DNA of 64,000 nt from Bacteroidota bacterium (GTDB taxonomy: Bacteria > Bacteroidota > Bacteroidia > Chitinophagales > Chitinophagaceae), in contig JBAWXE010000001.1 of NCBI GenBank assembly GCA_037144255.1, positions 24,866-88,865 of the forward strand. Reading direction: 5' to 3'. Below the pieces are notes generated by a model. The model did not search any database, was not told the origin of the DNA, and saw only the letters and a list, made by a program, of their open reading frames with translations. The translations under genes were made by a program, and so were the position numbers. The first letter of the stretch is position 1; every line of letters starts with the position of its first letter. This document shows positions 28,765-38,871 of this stretch, piece by piece.

Positions 28765-30471
28765 ATGAAAAAAATGATTCTGTTTTTACTGTCATTGGTT
28801 AGTGCAGGAGTTGCTTTCGGCCAGACTACCTATCCTAGTTGGGATCCTACTGGGGTGACCGGCTGTATTGGTCGTTGGAATTTTACATCTGTAACCGGTG
28901 TTTTGGTTAATAGTTTGAATGATAAAAGCGGGAATAATAATAACGCTACCCCATATAATCTGATAGGTGCTAACGGTTTCCGTGGTTTGGCCAACAGAGC
29001 GGTAACATTCAACGGAGCATCCAGCTATGCTGATGTACCTAGTAGTGCTACATTATCTCCTACAACAGCAGTTACCATGGTAGCGCTGGTTAATTTTAAT
29101 GATTTCTATCATGGTAGTTGCCAATTCTCTCAGATATTGGCTAAAGGATATGGACTTTCAGGTTCTCCATATTATGATAATGGCGTTTATGGCTTAAGTG
29201 TATCTGATGATGTTTTTGATAATGGTAACTGTTCTAACTATGATGCAGCACACCAACAGCTGATAGCTCAGGTAGGAAATAATATATATACCCCTACTTT
29301 AGGTAATTATGTTACAGTTAATAACTGGTATTTGATAGCAGCTACTTTTAATGGTAGTACGGTTTCTTATTATCAAATACCAATGAATCCTGCTTCTTAT
29401 GTATCTGCAGTGACACCTATATATACCAGCACACTTACTAACCCTAATGCATTAAGTGCTAATGGTTTACCACTTACTATCGGTAAAGATGGTAGTGCTT
29501 CATTCTCTAACTGGTTCAACGGTACTATTGATGAGGTAGCTTTATTCAATAAGGCATTGACTGTAAGCGAAATGCAATCAGTCTATGATTTCTTATGGAG
29601 TATGGTTCTAGTAAAACCTGTACCTACTGCTATGTGTCCTGGTTCAACAGTGCCTGTTACATACATAGCGAATGATACATTACCTTCCACTTTTCCTGCA
29701 AATATATTCTCAGTTCAGTTATCAGATGCTACAGGTAGCTTTACATCGCCAATAACTATTGGTACCGTTACCAGCACAGTATCAGGTACTATTTCTTGTA
29801 CAATACCTGCAGGTACTCCTTCTGGTGTAGGATATCGTATCCGTATCGCATCTAGTAATCCTGCTTTTATCTCTAAGGATAATGGTTCAGATATTACTAT
29901 TGATAACTCAATGCCAGCTACTCCTGTTGTTACAATAACTGCAACTCCTTCTACTCACGTAAATGCAGGACAAATTGTAACATTCAATTCAAGTGTGACA
30001 CCGGTAGCACCTAATCTTACCTATCAATGGAAAAAGAATGGTGTGAACATTCCGGGTGCAACATCTTCATCATACTCTACCACCAACTTCCTAAATACTG
30101 ATATCATTACTTTAGATGTTACTAACAATACCAATTGCAATACAGCATTGGGTACAAGTAACGGACTAGTAATGGTGGTTACTACTTCTGTAGGAAATGT
30201 AAATGGTTCAAATTCTGATATTGTATTGTACCCTAATCCTAATACTGGTTCTTTTGTAGTAAATGGTACTATCAGTGGTGTTGCTGATAATTCAGTAAGT
30301 ATTGAAGTGATCAACGCATTAGGTCAGGTTATTTATAACGATAACGCACAATTACATAACGGACAATTGAACAAACAAGTTTCTTTATCACAAGTGCCTG
30401 CAGGTATGTATATGCTTCGCATAAAAGCCGAAGGTCAGACAAAGGTTACTCGTTTTTCTATTGATAAGTAA
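28765..30471 (+). CDS. LamG (concanavalin-like lectin) domain protein with Ig-like repeats and T9SS C-terminal sorting domain
   Basis: 568 aa with a signal peptide. LamG-type segment ending NGTIDEVALFNKALT. FSVQLSDATGSF...GYRIRIAS repeat. C-terminal YPNPNTGSF...GMYMLRI sorting domain. Confidence 0.75.
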   Translation: MKKMILFLLSLVSAGVAFGQTTYPSWDPTGVTGCIGRWNFTSVTGVLVNSLNDKSGNNNNATPYNLIGANGFRGLANRAVTFNGASSYADVPSSATLSPTTAVTMVALVNFNDFYHGSCQFSQILAKGYGLSGSPYYDNGVYGLSVSDDVFDNGNCSNYDAAHQQLIAQVGNNIYTPTLGNYVTVNNWYLIAATFNGSTVSYYQIPMNPASYVSAVTPIYTSTLTNPNALSANGLPLTIGKDGSASFSNWFNGTIDEVALFNKALTVSEMQSVYDFLWSMVLVKPVPTAMCPGSTVPVTYIANDTLPSTFPANIFSVQLSDATGSFTSPITIGTVTSTVSGTISCTIPAGTPSGVGYRIRIASSNPAFISKDNGSDITIDNSMPATPVVTITATPSTHVNAGQIVTFNSSVTPVAPNLTYQWKKNGVNIPGATSSSYSTTNFLNTDIITLDVTNNTNCNTALGTSNGLVMVVTTSVGNVNGSNSDIVLYPNPNTGSFVVNGTISGVADNSVSIEVINALGQVIYNDNAQLHNGQLNKQVSLSQVPAGMYMLRIKAEGQTKVTRFSIDK

Positions 30472-30494
30472 TTAGATAGTATTTCATAATACTG

Positions 30495-30558
30495 TACTTC
30501 CTAATGGTGGTGTAACATTTCATCTGAAATCACATTCCCGTTAGGAAGTATTTTTTTT
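30495..30558 (+). terminator. Long-loop terminator-like hairpin after the first LamG gene
   Basis: 10 bp stem TACTTCCTAA/TTAGGAAGTA enclosing a 36 nt loop, followed by T8. Confidence 0.55.
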
Positions 30559-30650
30559 ATTAGAATTTGCACTTATATTATCAGAAGAAATTGACCGAAT
30601 TGTATTGTGTATTCATTGCAGAATGCATCTTGAGATTTAAAAATTACTTT

Positions 30651-31310
30651 ATGTCATTGAGGAATATTTTTTCTACATATACTCCCAAATACAATTTTCT
30701 AAAGAAAGCTGTAAAGGATACTCCTTTTACAATGCTTGATATTGGTGCTGGGAATCATTCGCCTTCTAAGACAAAAGAGTTATTCCCTAATTGTATTTAT
30801 TATGGATTGGATCTTAATAAAGAATATTCTTATTCAGATACTGACATAAATATTATGACAGGTTTTTATGAAATGGACCTTACAAAACTTGACTTTGACA
30901 TAATTCCAGATAAATTCTTTGATTACATCAATATTGCTCATGTTATTGAACATCTATATAACGGTGATGTGGTTATTGAAAAGTTGAGTACAAAACTCAA
31001 AAAAGGCGGGCATATTTATATTGAATATCCAGGTAAGAAAAGTACTACACTACCTTCCATGAATGGATCACTTAACTTTTATGATGATGAAACGCATGTT
31101 AGAGTTTATTCTTACAATGAAGTGGCTTCAGTATTAGAAAAGGTTGGTTTTGAAATATTATCTAAGGGGATGAGACGTAGTTGGTTCTATATCGCAGTAA
31201 TTCCATTTAGAGCTTTGGGATATTTGATAAAAGGTCAAAAATTACCCGGGAATATATTTTGGGACCTTTTAGGTTTTGCAGAATTTGTTTATGCCAAAAA
31301 GAATACATAA
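30651..31310 (+). CDS. Class I SAM-dependent methyltransferase
   Basis: Motif I MLDIGAGNH. ATG at 30651 (MSLRNIF...) is preferred over the TTG at 30567. No signal peptide. Confidence 0.75.
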   Translation: MSLRNIFSTYTPKYNFLKKAVKDTPFTMLDIGAGNHSPSKTKELFPNCIYYGLDLNKEYSYSDTDINIMTGFYEMDLTKLDFDIIPDKFFDYINIAHVIEHLYNGDVVIEKLSTKLKKGGHIYIEYPGKKSTTLPSMNGSLNFYDDETHVRVYSYNEVASVLEKVGFEILSKGMRRSWFYIAVIPFRALGYLIKGQKLPGNIFWDLLGFAEFVYAKKNT

Positions 31311-31348
31311 TATTGTCTAATAATATTTAACTATAAATTATTTTTTCT

Positions 31349-33004
31349 ATGAAAAAGCTAATTGTACTAATGGGCTTGCTATCTATAACAGTAGTAGCAA
31401 AAGCTCAAACTAATTATCCATCAGGTGTTAGCGGTTGTATTGCTCGATGGAATTTTTCTTCTAGTGGCACCATAACATCTTTGTTTGATGCAAGTGGTAA
31501 TAATAATAGCGCTAACACAACTTCAGCATTAATTGCAGCACCCGGATTTAGAAATTGGATCAATAAAGCTGCAAAATTTGATGGTAATAGTAGTTATGCT
31601 TCTTTACCGAGCAACACTATGTTGTCCCCAACGCAAATTACAATGTTAGCATTGGTAAAAATGAATGGTTTCTATTCAGGTTCTTGCCAAGGTAATCAAA
31701 TAATCATTAAAGGATATACTGGATATGATAATGGTGTATATGGATTGAGTTTTTCTGACAATATTTACGATGGTAGTTGTAGTGTTTTCGACCCCCTACA
31801 TGAACAGTTAGGTCCAACATTAGGCCCTGTCGGCTCTCTTTCAGGTGTATACCCACCTCCAGGCAATTATATTGATACTACTAAATGGTTCTTTGTAGCT
31901 ATAAGTTATGATGGCAACATTGCTAAATTTTATCAGGTTGTTATGGATACGACTATTTACTCTTCAACAATAACTCCTTATTTCACAACTAATAGCTTAA
32001 ATACTCCATTGGGTACCAATACAATGGATTTGGCAATTGGAAGAACTTTTTATGGACCAGATCCATATTGGTTCAATGGTGTGATGGATGAGGTAGTCAT
32101 ATTTAATAGAGTATTAGCTGATTCTGAGGTTCATTCTGTGTATGATTATTTATGGAGGGTTGTTAATATAGACCAACCGGTTACCCCAACTAATATATGT
32201 TCTGGTGATACTTTGCATGTGCATTATGCAGTAAAAGATACTATGAATGCTGGGAATATTTTTACCGTACAGTTGTCTGATGGTAACGGTAGTTTTGCAT
32301 CTCCTGTTGTAATTGGAGCAGTTACATCTACACTGTCTGGTATGATAAATTGTCCAGTGCCAACAAGTACTCCAACAGGTACTGGTTATCGTGTTCGAAT
32401 TGTTTCAAGTTCTCCATATTTTATTTCAAAGGATAATGGAGTTAATATTAGTATTGCTAATTCACCAATAACCCCGACTGTAGTAGTTGCTGCCAACCCT
32501 TCGCTCTCAGTTACTACAGGTACCTTGGTCACTTTTACAGCTAATACTAATATGAGTAATGCCACATTTCAATGGCAGGTCAATAATGTAAATGTGGGAA
32601 CTAATAGCAATTCATATAGTTATATTCCTTTTGACGGAGATCAAGTATTATGTTCTGTAACAGTCCTGAGTGGGTGCTATACAGTATACGAAGATTCTAA
32701 CAAAGTATCTATGCATGTTTATTCAGGTATCAACAATATCAATAAAGGTGTTGACCAAATCTCTATCTACCCAACCCCTAGCAATGGTTCTATTACAGTA
32801 AGTGGTTTGCTTTCAATCATGGATAAGCTAGTATCTTTAGAGGTAATCAATACAATGGGGCAAGTAGTATATACTGAAAAGATAATTGTCAATAATTCAG
32901 TCTTGGATCAAAGGGTATCGTTGAATATTCCTGCAGGTTTGTATATTTTACGCATTAGCTCCAGTCAAAAAGTGATCAATACTCAGTTCACAATTCAGAA
33001 ATAG
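31349..33004 (+). CDS. LamG domain / T9SS sorting-domain protein, paralogue of 28765..30471
   Basis: 551 aa with the same architecture as its paralogue (NGVMDEVVIFNRVLA, FTVQLSDGNGSF...GYRVRIVS, YPTPSNGSI...GLYILRI). Roughly 40-45 percent identity to the paralogue by eye. Confidence 0.75.
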   Translation: MKKLIVLMGLLSITVVAKAQTNYPSGVSGCIARWNFSSSGTITSLFDASGNNNSANTTSALIAAPGFRNWINKAAKFDGNSSYASLPSNTMLSPTQITMLALVKMNGFYSGSCQGNQIIIKGYTGYDNGVYGLSFSDNIYDGSCSVFDPLHEQLGPTLGPVGSLSGVYPPPGNYIDTTKWFFVAISYDGNIAKFYQVVMDTTIYSSTITPYFTTNSLNTPLGTNTMDLAIGRTFYGPDPYWFNGVMDEVVIFNRVLADSEVHSVYDYLWRVVNIDQPVTPTNICSGDTLHVHYAVKDTMNAGNIFTVQLSDGNGSFASPVVIGAVTSTLSGMINCPVPTSTPTGTGYRVRIVSSSPYFISKDNGVNISIANSPITPTVVVAANPSLSVTTGTLVTFTANTNMSNATFQWQVNNVNVGTNSNSYSYIPFDGDQVLCSVTVLSGCYTVYEDSNKVSMHVYSGINNINKGVDQISIYPTPSNGSITVSGLLSIMDKLVSLEVINTMGQVVYTEKIIVNNSVLDQRVSLNIPAGLYILRISSSQKVINTQFTIQK

Positions 33005-33015
33005 TGTCGTTAAAG

Positions 33016-33060
33016 TATAAAAGAGAAAGGGCATCTATAAGATGCCCTTTCTCTTTTATA
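33016..33060. terminator. Bidirectional terminator, 20 bp perfect stem
   Basis: TATAAAAGAGAAAGGGCATC-TATAA-GATGCCCTTTCTCTTTTATA between convergent genes. Confidence 0.85.
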
Positions 33061-33062
33061 CT

Positions 33063-36000
33063 TTAGCTCAATAGGAAAGCTATATCGTCTCTTGTTAGTC
33101 GTTTTAGGAAAGCATTATCATCGGCTACCAGTTCGCTAGCCAAAGTACGTTTGCGTTCCTGCAATATCAGCATCTTCTCCTCTATGGTGTCTTTACAGAT
33201 AAGTCGGTATGCAAATATGTTCTTTGTTTGCCCAATACGGTGTGTACGGTCAATAGCTTGTTGTTCTACAGCTGGGTTCCACCATGGGTCTACAATGTAG
33301 ACATAATCTGCTGCGGTAAGGTTCAGACCTATACCTCCTGCCTTAAGTGATATCAGGAATACACGACAGGAATCATTATTCTGGAATTGTTGAATGTTAC
33401 GTTCTCGTTCCATAGAGGATGAGCCACCATCGAAGTAAGCGTATGGTATACCATGTTCCTCCAGTTTTTGTTTGATAAGCGCAAGCATGCCTAAGAATTG
33501 AGAGAACACCAATGCTTTATGGTTGCCTACGTTCTCTACTATCTCACGTACCAGTTCATCTAACTTAATTGAGTAGTTGGCAAACCTTTCTTCTTCATTC
33601 AGTATGGCTGGAGAGTCGCATATCTGTCTTAGTTTGGTAAGACCTTGTAAAATATGCATATGAGAACGCTCAATGCCTTTCTCATCAATTACTCCTAGTA
33701 TTTGCTCTTTATAAGTATTGCGGTAGGCATCGTAGATCTTTCGTTGATCTGTACCCATTTCACAATACAGAATAGTTTCTGTTTTTTCAGGTAGGTCTTT
33801 GGCTACTTGTTCTTTGGTACGGCGTAGCAAGAATGGATAAATAAGTTTTCTGAGTTGTTGCTTAGTTTCTTCTTCCTGAAATTTATCAATAGGAGTAGCA
33901 AACTCATTCATGAAAAATTCCCTACTACCCAGCATGCCGGGGTTTAAGAAGTTCATTTGTGAATACAAGTCAAAAGTATTGTTTTGTACTGGGGTACCAC
34001 TTAGTGCTAGTCTATTCTTGCTATTCAATAGTAAGGCAGCTTTTGCTACTTGCGACTGCGGATTCTTGATAGCTTGCGATTCATCCAATACTACATAGTC
34101 AAGAGGGAATTCCTTGAATAATTTAATATCGCTACGCATCGTGCCATAAGTAGTGATGATCACATCGCTTTCATCAAAAGAGCTAAATGCTGCACTACGT
34201 TTAGGGCCATGGTGTATGATATGAGTAAGATTAGGAGTGAATTTCTTGATCTCATTCTCCCAGTTATACATCAGGGTAGTAGGGCATACCACCATGAATT
34301 TGGCTTCAGGGTTATTATTCTTATAGTGTTGGAAGAAGGCTAGTGTCTGTACTGTTTTACCAAGACCCATGTCATCGGCCAAAATACCACCCCAACCGGC
34401 TTCTTTCAAAAATGTCAGCCATTGGAAACCACCTAACTGGTAAGGGCGCAGGGTAGCTGTCAGTTGCTCAGGAGGAGGTATGTTGCTATAGTCACTGGTT
34501 ATTATTTCGCTCAGTCGTTCTTTCTTGGCTTCCAATTCTGCTTGTAGTGCATCTTCATCTACATCTTTCAATAATTCATCCAATACGCTGAAGTGAAATT
34601 TCTTGAGGCGCAATTTATTGCCTTTTGCCTCTCCCATTTTCACTAACAACCCATATTTTTTAAGCCACTCTTCCGGCAACAAGCCTATAGATCCATCGTT
34701 CAGTCTAACATAATTCTGACGTTGAGCCAAAGCTTTCTTGACCTCTACTATAGATACTATCTGTTCTCCAAATACAACCTCAACAGATGCATCGAACCAA
34801 TCTATACCACTACTAACTTGTACACGTGTATCTGGCTTGTAAGTGCTGATACGCAGATTTTTTAGCCCCTCGGTACCAAATATTTGCACATCCCACTCAC
34901 GCATGATATCTGTAAAACGGAAGAACCAGTTGTTGGCTAGTACAGATGTTGCAGGTAAATAGAAAAAATGTTCTTTATTGTTTTGTTGTATGTCTGTATG
35001 TAAATGACGGAGCATATGCAGGAACTCTAGTTCTGCAGGCTCATTGCGTTGCACCACCTTTACTATACCATTATGGGGCTGTATCACATTGCCAAAGAAA
35101 CCCCATTTTAGCTCTATGCCATTATAATTGAATGCAGGTTGTAATACCAGCATTTGTTCACGTTCTTGTAAATGTAGTTGATAGCTAGGTTTTGTTTTAT
35201 CTACATGCTCTACCATTTCTTCTGAGAAATGCACATGGGCTATTTGGCTCCATTGCATCACTTTGTTTTTCAAAAAATCTGGCCATTCATTATCAGCAAT
35301 ATGCATATTGCCATCAGGTAAGAATGCTTCTACCATAGCTACTTCTGCTGCATATGCTGCACAGAATAAACGATCGCCGTACATCAACAATGCACCATTC
35401 AGCATTTTTACATCTTCAAAAGGTATGGCAAAACCTTCTATCGCCCATTGTAGGGATATGCTATATGAATTGTCTTCTTTTTTGACATGTAGTTGCGGGT
35501 GAACAGGTTTGCCCACAAATGCAACCGGTTGTATATTAGTAGATGAGATGTTCTTTCCTTTTGTCTTTATAAAACAAAGGGAATGGTCTGAATATCTATC
35601 AAATAATTTATGATACTTAGGTAGTAGATATTCCCATGCCTGATCTCGCACATCCTGAGTAGAATCTTCTTTTAATACAGATTCATAATCATCTAAAAAA
35701 TCACCAAAAGGTAGGTTCTTTCGTAAGTATTTCAGTATTTCTTCAGGTGTAAATTTCCTTACTATTGGTAGCAGGTCTCTTTCCTCTTCTTTGTATCTGG
35801 CTGGGTTGATGTATTGGTTCAGTTGCAATAATTCTATCGCACCACTAAATTTATTCTCATTTTCCACCGCATAGCCGGCTACCAGTGCCACATTTACATA
35901 TGGGTACCAGTTTACTTGAGTATCAACAACAATGCCCAATCTTTTTTCTTCCTCCAGTACTTCTACAGCTGTAGATACCGTTTTGTAGGTATCAGGAGTA

Positions 36001-36791
36001 TTTACCTTTTTAATACTTGGGTCTAATACTCGCAGAAATGGTTTTCCGTCTTCGTATGTAAAAGTGAACTTGTCTGTAATATCATCACTTATACTGTAGC
36101 CATATTGGCGTAGTAGTTTGTTCTTTTGCTCATCCCAGTTCTTCATCGTCTGAAAATACTGAGCACCATGTTCTTTTAATATATGTATGAATAGAGCAGC
36201 TTTATGAGTACATAATGGGAATCCCTTTTCGCTACAAGCGCAGGATGTGTCAAAGTAACGTTCTTCATTTTGCTTGATCACTACTCTATAGGTAGTTTCG
36301 CCATCTACAATATCAGCTTCTATTTTTTCATTTTGATTTAGTACAATACTTGCTTTTTTCTTTGCTACTAGTAATTCGGCAGCTGATAATATCTCTGCAG
36401 ACGCATATACACGCAATATCTGCATATTTACCTGACGCATCCGCACCACAGTGTGTTTCTGGTCATAACTCACATCCGTGTTTTCAAAGAAACCACTTTG
36501 CATGATGTCATTGAGTTGAAAAAGTGCAGCTACTTCATGGCGGCAAATATCCCCCAGATTATAAGGGCATTGACAACGTACTGATATCTCTTTTGGAGTA
36601 GAGAATTTGGATACTGTTACTGTATAATAGTTTTGATACAGGTCATTACGTACCCGGAACCGTACTTGTTCCAATAAATGATCGACATCTAATAAGGAAA
36701 CACCTGCGGTGTAAAAAATCTTTTTACCCCGGCGAATTACCTCTTCAGTGCCATGGTTGTATACGTATCTTAATATGGGTGGTAATGACAT
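33063..36791 (-). CDS. SNF2-family helicase/translocase with two N-terminal SWIM zinc fingers
   Basis: ATG at 36791 (MSLPPILRY...). SWIM motifs CQCPYNLGDICRH and CACSEKGFPLCTH. SNF2 motifs ILADDMGLGKT, DESQAIKN and QAIDRTHRIGQ. Confidence 0.85.
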   Translation of the reverse strand: MSLPPILRYVYNHGTEEVIRRGKKIFYTAGVSLLDVDHLLEQVRFRVRNDLYQNYYTVTVSKFSTPKEISVRCQCPYNLGDICRHEVAALFQLNDIMQSGFFENTDVSYDQKHTVVRMRQVNMQILRVYASAEILSAAELLVAKKKASIVLNQNEKIEADIVDGETTYRVVIKQNEERYFDTSCACSEKGFPLCTHKAALFIHILKEHGAQYFQTMKNWDEQKNKLLRQYGYSISDDITDKFTFTYEDGKPFLRVLDPSIKKVNTPDTYKTVSTAVEVLEEEKRLGIVVDTQVNWYPYVNVALVAGYAVENENKFSGAIELLQLNQYINPARYKEEERDLLPIVRKFTPEEILKYLRKNLPFGDFLDDYESVLKEDSTQDVRDQAWEYLLPKYHKLFDRYSDHSLCFIKTKGKNISSTNIQPVAFVGKPVHPQLHVKKEDNSYSISLQWAIEGFAIPFEDVKMLNGALLMYGDRLFCAAYAAEVAMVEAFLPDGNMHIADNEWPDFLKNKVMQWSQIAHVHFSEEMVEHVDKTKPSYQLHLQEREQMLVLQPAFNYNGIELKWGFFGNVIQPHNGIVKVVQRNEPAELEFLHMLRHLHTDIQQNNKEHFFYLPATSVLANNWFFRFTDIMREWDVQIFGTEGLKNLRISTYKPDTRVQVSSGIDWFDASVEVVFGEQIVSIVEVKKALAQRQNYVRLNDGSIGLLPEEWLKKYGLLVKMGEAKGNKLRLKKFHFSVLDELLKDVDEDALQAELEAKKERLSEIITSDYSNIPPPEQLTATLRPYQLGGFQWLTFLKEAGWGGILADDMGLGKTVQTLAFFQHYKNNNPEAKFMVVCPTTLMYNWENEIKKFTPNLTHIIHHGPKRSAAFSSFDESDVIITTYGTMRSDIKLFKEFPLDYVVLDESQAIKNPQSQVAKAALLLNSKNRLALSGTPVQNNTFDLYSQMNFLNPGMLGSREFFMNEFATPIDKFQEEETKQQLRKLIYPFLLRRTKEQVAKDLPEKTETILYCEMGTDQRKIYDAYRNTYKEQILGVIDEKGIERSHMHILQGLTKLRQICDSPAILNEEERFANYSIKLDELVREIVENVGNHKALVFSQFLGMLALIKQKLEEHGIPYAYFDGGSSSMERERNIQQFQNNDSCRVFLISLKAGGIGLNLTAADYVYIVDPWWNPAVEQQAIDRTHRIGQTKNIFAYRLICKDTIEEKMLILQERKRTLASELVADDNAFLKRLTRDDIAFLLS

Positions 36792-36892
36792 TTGAAAATT
36801 GCACAGTTCAAAAAAGGCAACTCCAAAGATACCGAAAAACAAGTGGATAACGCACAAAAATTGTGGTTAAATCCGGGTTAAAGAAAGATGTT

Positions 36893-38089
36893 TTATAAGA
36901 ACAAGTGAAATATGAAATAAACAATACCTGCTATTAGTGCACTTACCGGTATGGTAAGTATCCATGCCCATAATAAATTGATGGTGACTCCCCAGCGTAC
37001 TGCTGATAATCTTTTAGTAGCACCCACACCTATTATAGATCCTGTTATAGTGTGTGTTGTACTTACCGGTATTTTTAGATTTTCTGTAAGGAACAATGTT
37101 ATCGCACCTGCTGTTTCTGCAGCCACACCCTCAAAAGGTGTTACTTTAGTAATTCGTGTCCCCATGGTCTTAATGATCTTCCAGCCACCACTCATAGTAC
37201 CTAATGCTATGGCACTATAACAAGCTAATGGCACCCATATAGGCATCTGATCGAAAGTTGTTATTTGCTTACCTGCAATTAATGCCACTGTAATGATACC
37301 CATCACTTTCTGAGCGTCATTACCACCATGACCAATACTGAATGCCGCAGATGATACCAATTGTAATCGCCTCAGCATCACTGACGATTGTGCTACATTC
37401 AAACTACCTGCTATCATAGTGAAAATACTCATCACAAATATAATAGCTCCTAATAATAGCCATTTAAAATTCTTCGTATCCATGATCACATTCATATAGT
37501 ATGCGGAATAGTGACCTTTCAGTTTGTCAGGGCTGAATTCCATCATTTGCGATAAAAAGTAGGCTACTAGTGCCATCACTCCTAATGAAATTAATTTGGG
37601 TACAATGCTCTTACGAAATGAATTGATGAACCATAACGAAATGATATAGGCCATCAACATACCTAACAATGGTGCCAGTATGATAAAACTCAATGTCTTC
37701 AATACCGGTTCAGGATTGATAGAATGTATGCCTGCATGCGCAATAGCTGCACCTGCAAAACCACCTATCAATGTGTGCGATGAACTCGATGGTATGCCAT
37801 ACCACCAGGTAAATAAATTCCAGAAAATGGCTGCCAGTAAGCCAGATGTAATTACAGGTAGTGTAATGAAATCTTCTTTTACTGTCTTGGCTATCGTATT
37901 CGCTACGCCATGGTCTTTGAATATAAAAAAGGCCACAAAGTTGAACATCGCTGCCCAAAGTACTGCCTGAAATGGCGATAATACTTTAGTAGAAACAATA
38001 GTTGCTATTGAGTTGGCCGCATCATGAAAACCATTGATATAGTCAAATATCAGCGCCAGTACTATAATGATAATGAGCAAAATGGACAT
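36893..38089 (-). CDS. PiT-family inorganic phosphate transporter
   Basis: 398 aa, polytopic. N- and C-terminal GFHDAANS / GGNDAQK PiT signature repeats. Confidence 0.85.
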   Translation of the reverse strand: MSILLIIIIVLALIFDYINGFHDAANSIATIVSTKVLSPFQAVLWAAMFNFVAFFIFKDHGVANTIAKTVKEDFITLPVITSGLLAAIFWNLFTWWYGIPSSSSHTLIGGFAGAAIAHAGIHSINPEPVLKTLSFIILAPLLGMLMAYIISLWFINSFRKSIVPKLISLGVMALVAYFLSQMMEFSPDKLKGHYSAYYMNVIMDTKNFKWLLLGAIIFVMSIFTMIAGSLNVAQSSVMLRRLQLVSSAAFSIGHGGNDAQKVMGIITVALIAGKQITTFDQMPIWVPLACYSAIALGTMSGGWKIIKTMGTRITKVTPFEGVAAETAGAITLFLTENLKIPVSTTHTITGSIIGVGATKRLSAVRWGVTINLLWAWILTIPVSALIAGIVYFIFHLFL

Positions 38090-38107
38090 AGATAAGAGTT
38101 GCTCGGT

Positions 38108-38755
38108 TTAAGCATATTTGATAATGATAGACTCAATGGCATTTGCTGCATCTTCACATTTGTCGGTCACAGTTTCCAGCATTTGGTACAAATCTTTTTT
38201 CTTAATGATCTCCACTGCGTTGATATTTGACGAGAACAGTCCCATCATCGCTTTATCCAACAGGTCATCACCTTCATTTTCCAAACTATTGATCAGCACA
38301 CATGCTTCTGTTATCGCACGCAGATCTTTCATATTACGTAGCTCATGCACTGCTGTATTCAATGTCTTTACAGATTTCAGTATGATCTCTCCAAAACCAT
38401 AGGTTATCTCATCCTTATCCAGAATGTCATAATTCACCATTCTCTTAGATGCACCCCATATATAGTCGGCAATATCATCAAGCGATGTAGCCATATAATG
38501 GATATCTTCTCTGTCAAATGGGGTGATAAAATTCCTGCCTAATTCTATGAATATTTGATGGGTAGATACATCATTCTTATGCTCCAATTCCTCCAGAGCT
38601 TTCAGCATCGCTCTGCGCTTTGATATATCAGATTCATTTAATGCTTTCATGAATCCTTCTGCCATGTCTACCAATGTGCTGCTAACTTCTTCAAAAAGGC
38701 TGTAAAAAACCCTGTCTTTAGGCATGAACAGCTTTATAAAGGAACCAAGTGCCAT
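38108..38755 (-). CDS. DUF47-family (PhoU-like) phosphate transport regulator
   Basis: 215 aa, helical. Immediately upstream of the PiT gene, which is the usual pairing. Confidence 0.75.
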   Translation of the reverse strand: MALGSFIKLFMPKDRVFYSLFEEVSSTLVDMAEGFMKALNESDISKRRAMLKALEELEHKNDVSTHQIFIELGRNFITPFDREDIHYMATSLDDIADYIWGASKRMVNYDILDKDEITYGFGEIILKSVKTLNTAVHELRNMKDLRAITEACVLINSLENEGDDLLDKAMMGLFSSNINAVEIIKKKDLYQMLETVTDKCEDAANAIESIIIKYA

Positions 38756-38871
38756 AACTTTCTATCAGTTTAAGGACACAAAAGTATTGCTCCTATGCCG
38801 CAGAACATAAAAATAATATAGAATTAATAATTTAGTAACCTTTGGGTTAAAGTAATATCGTATCGATCGGT

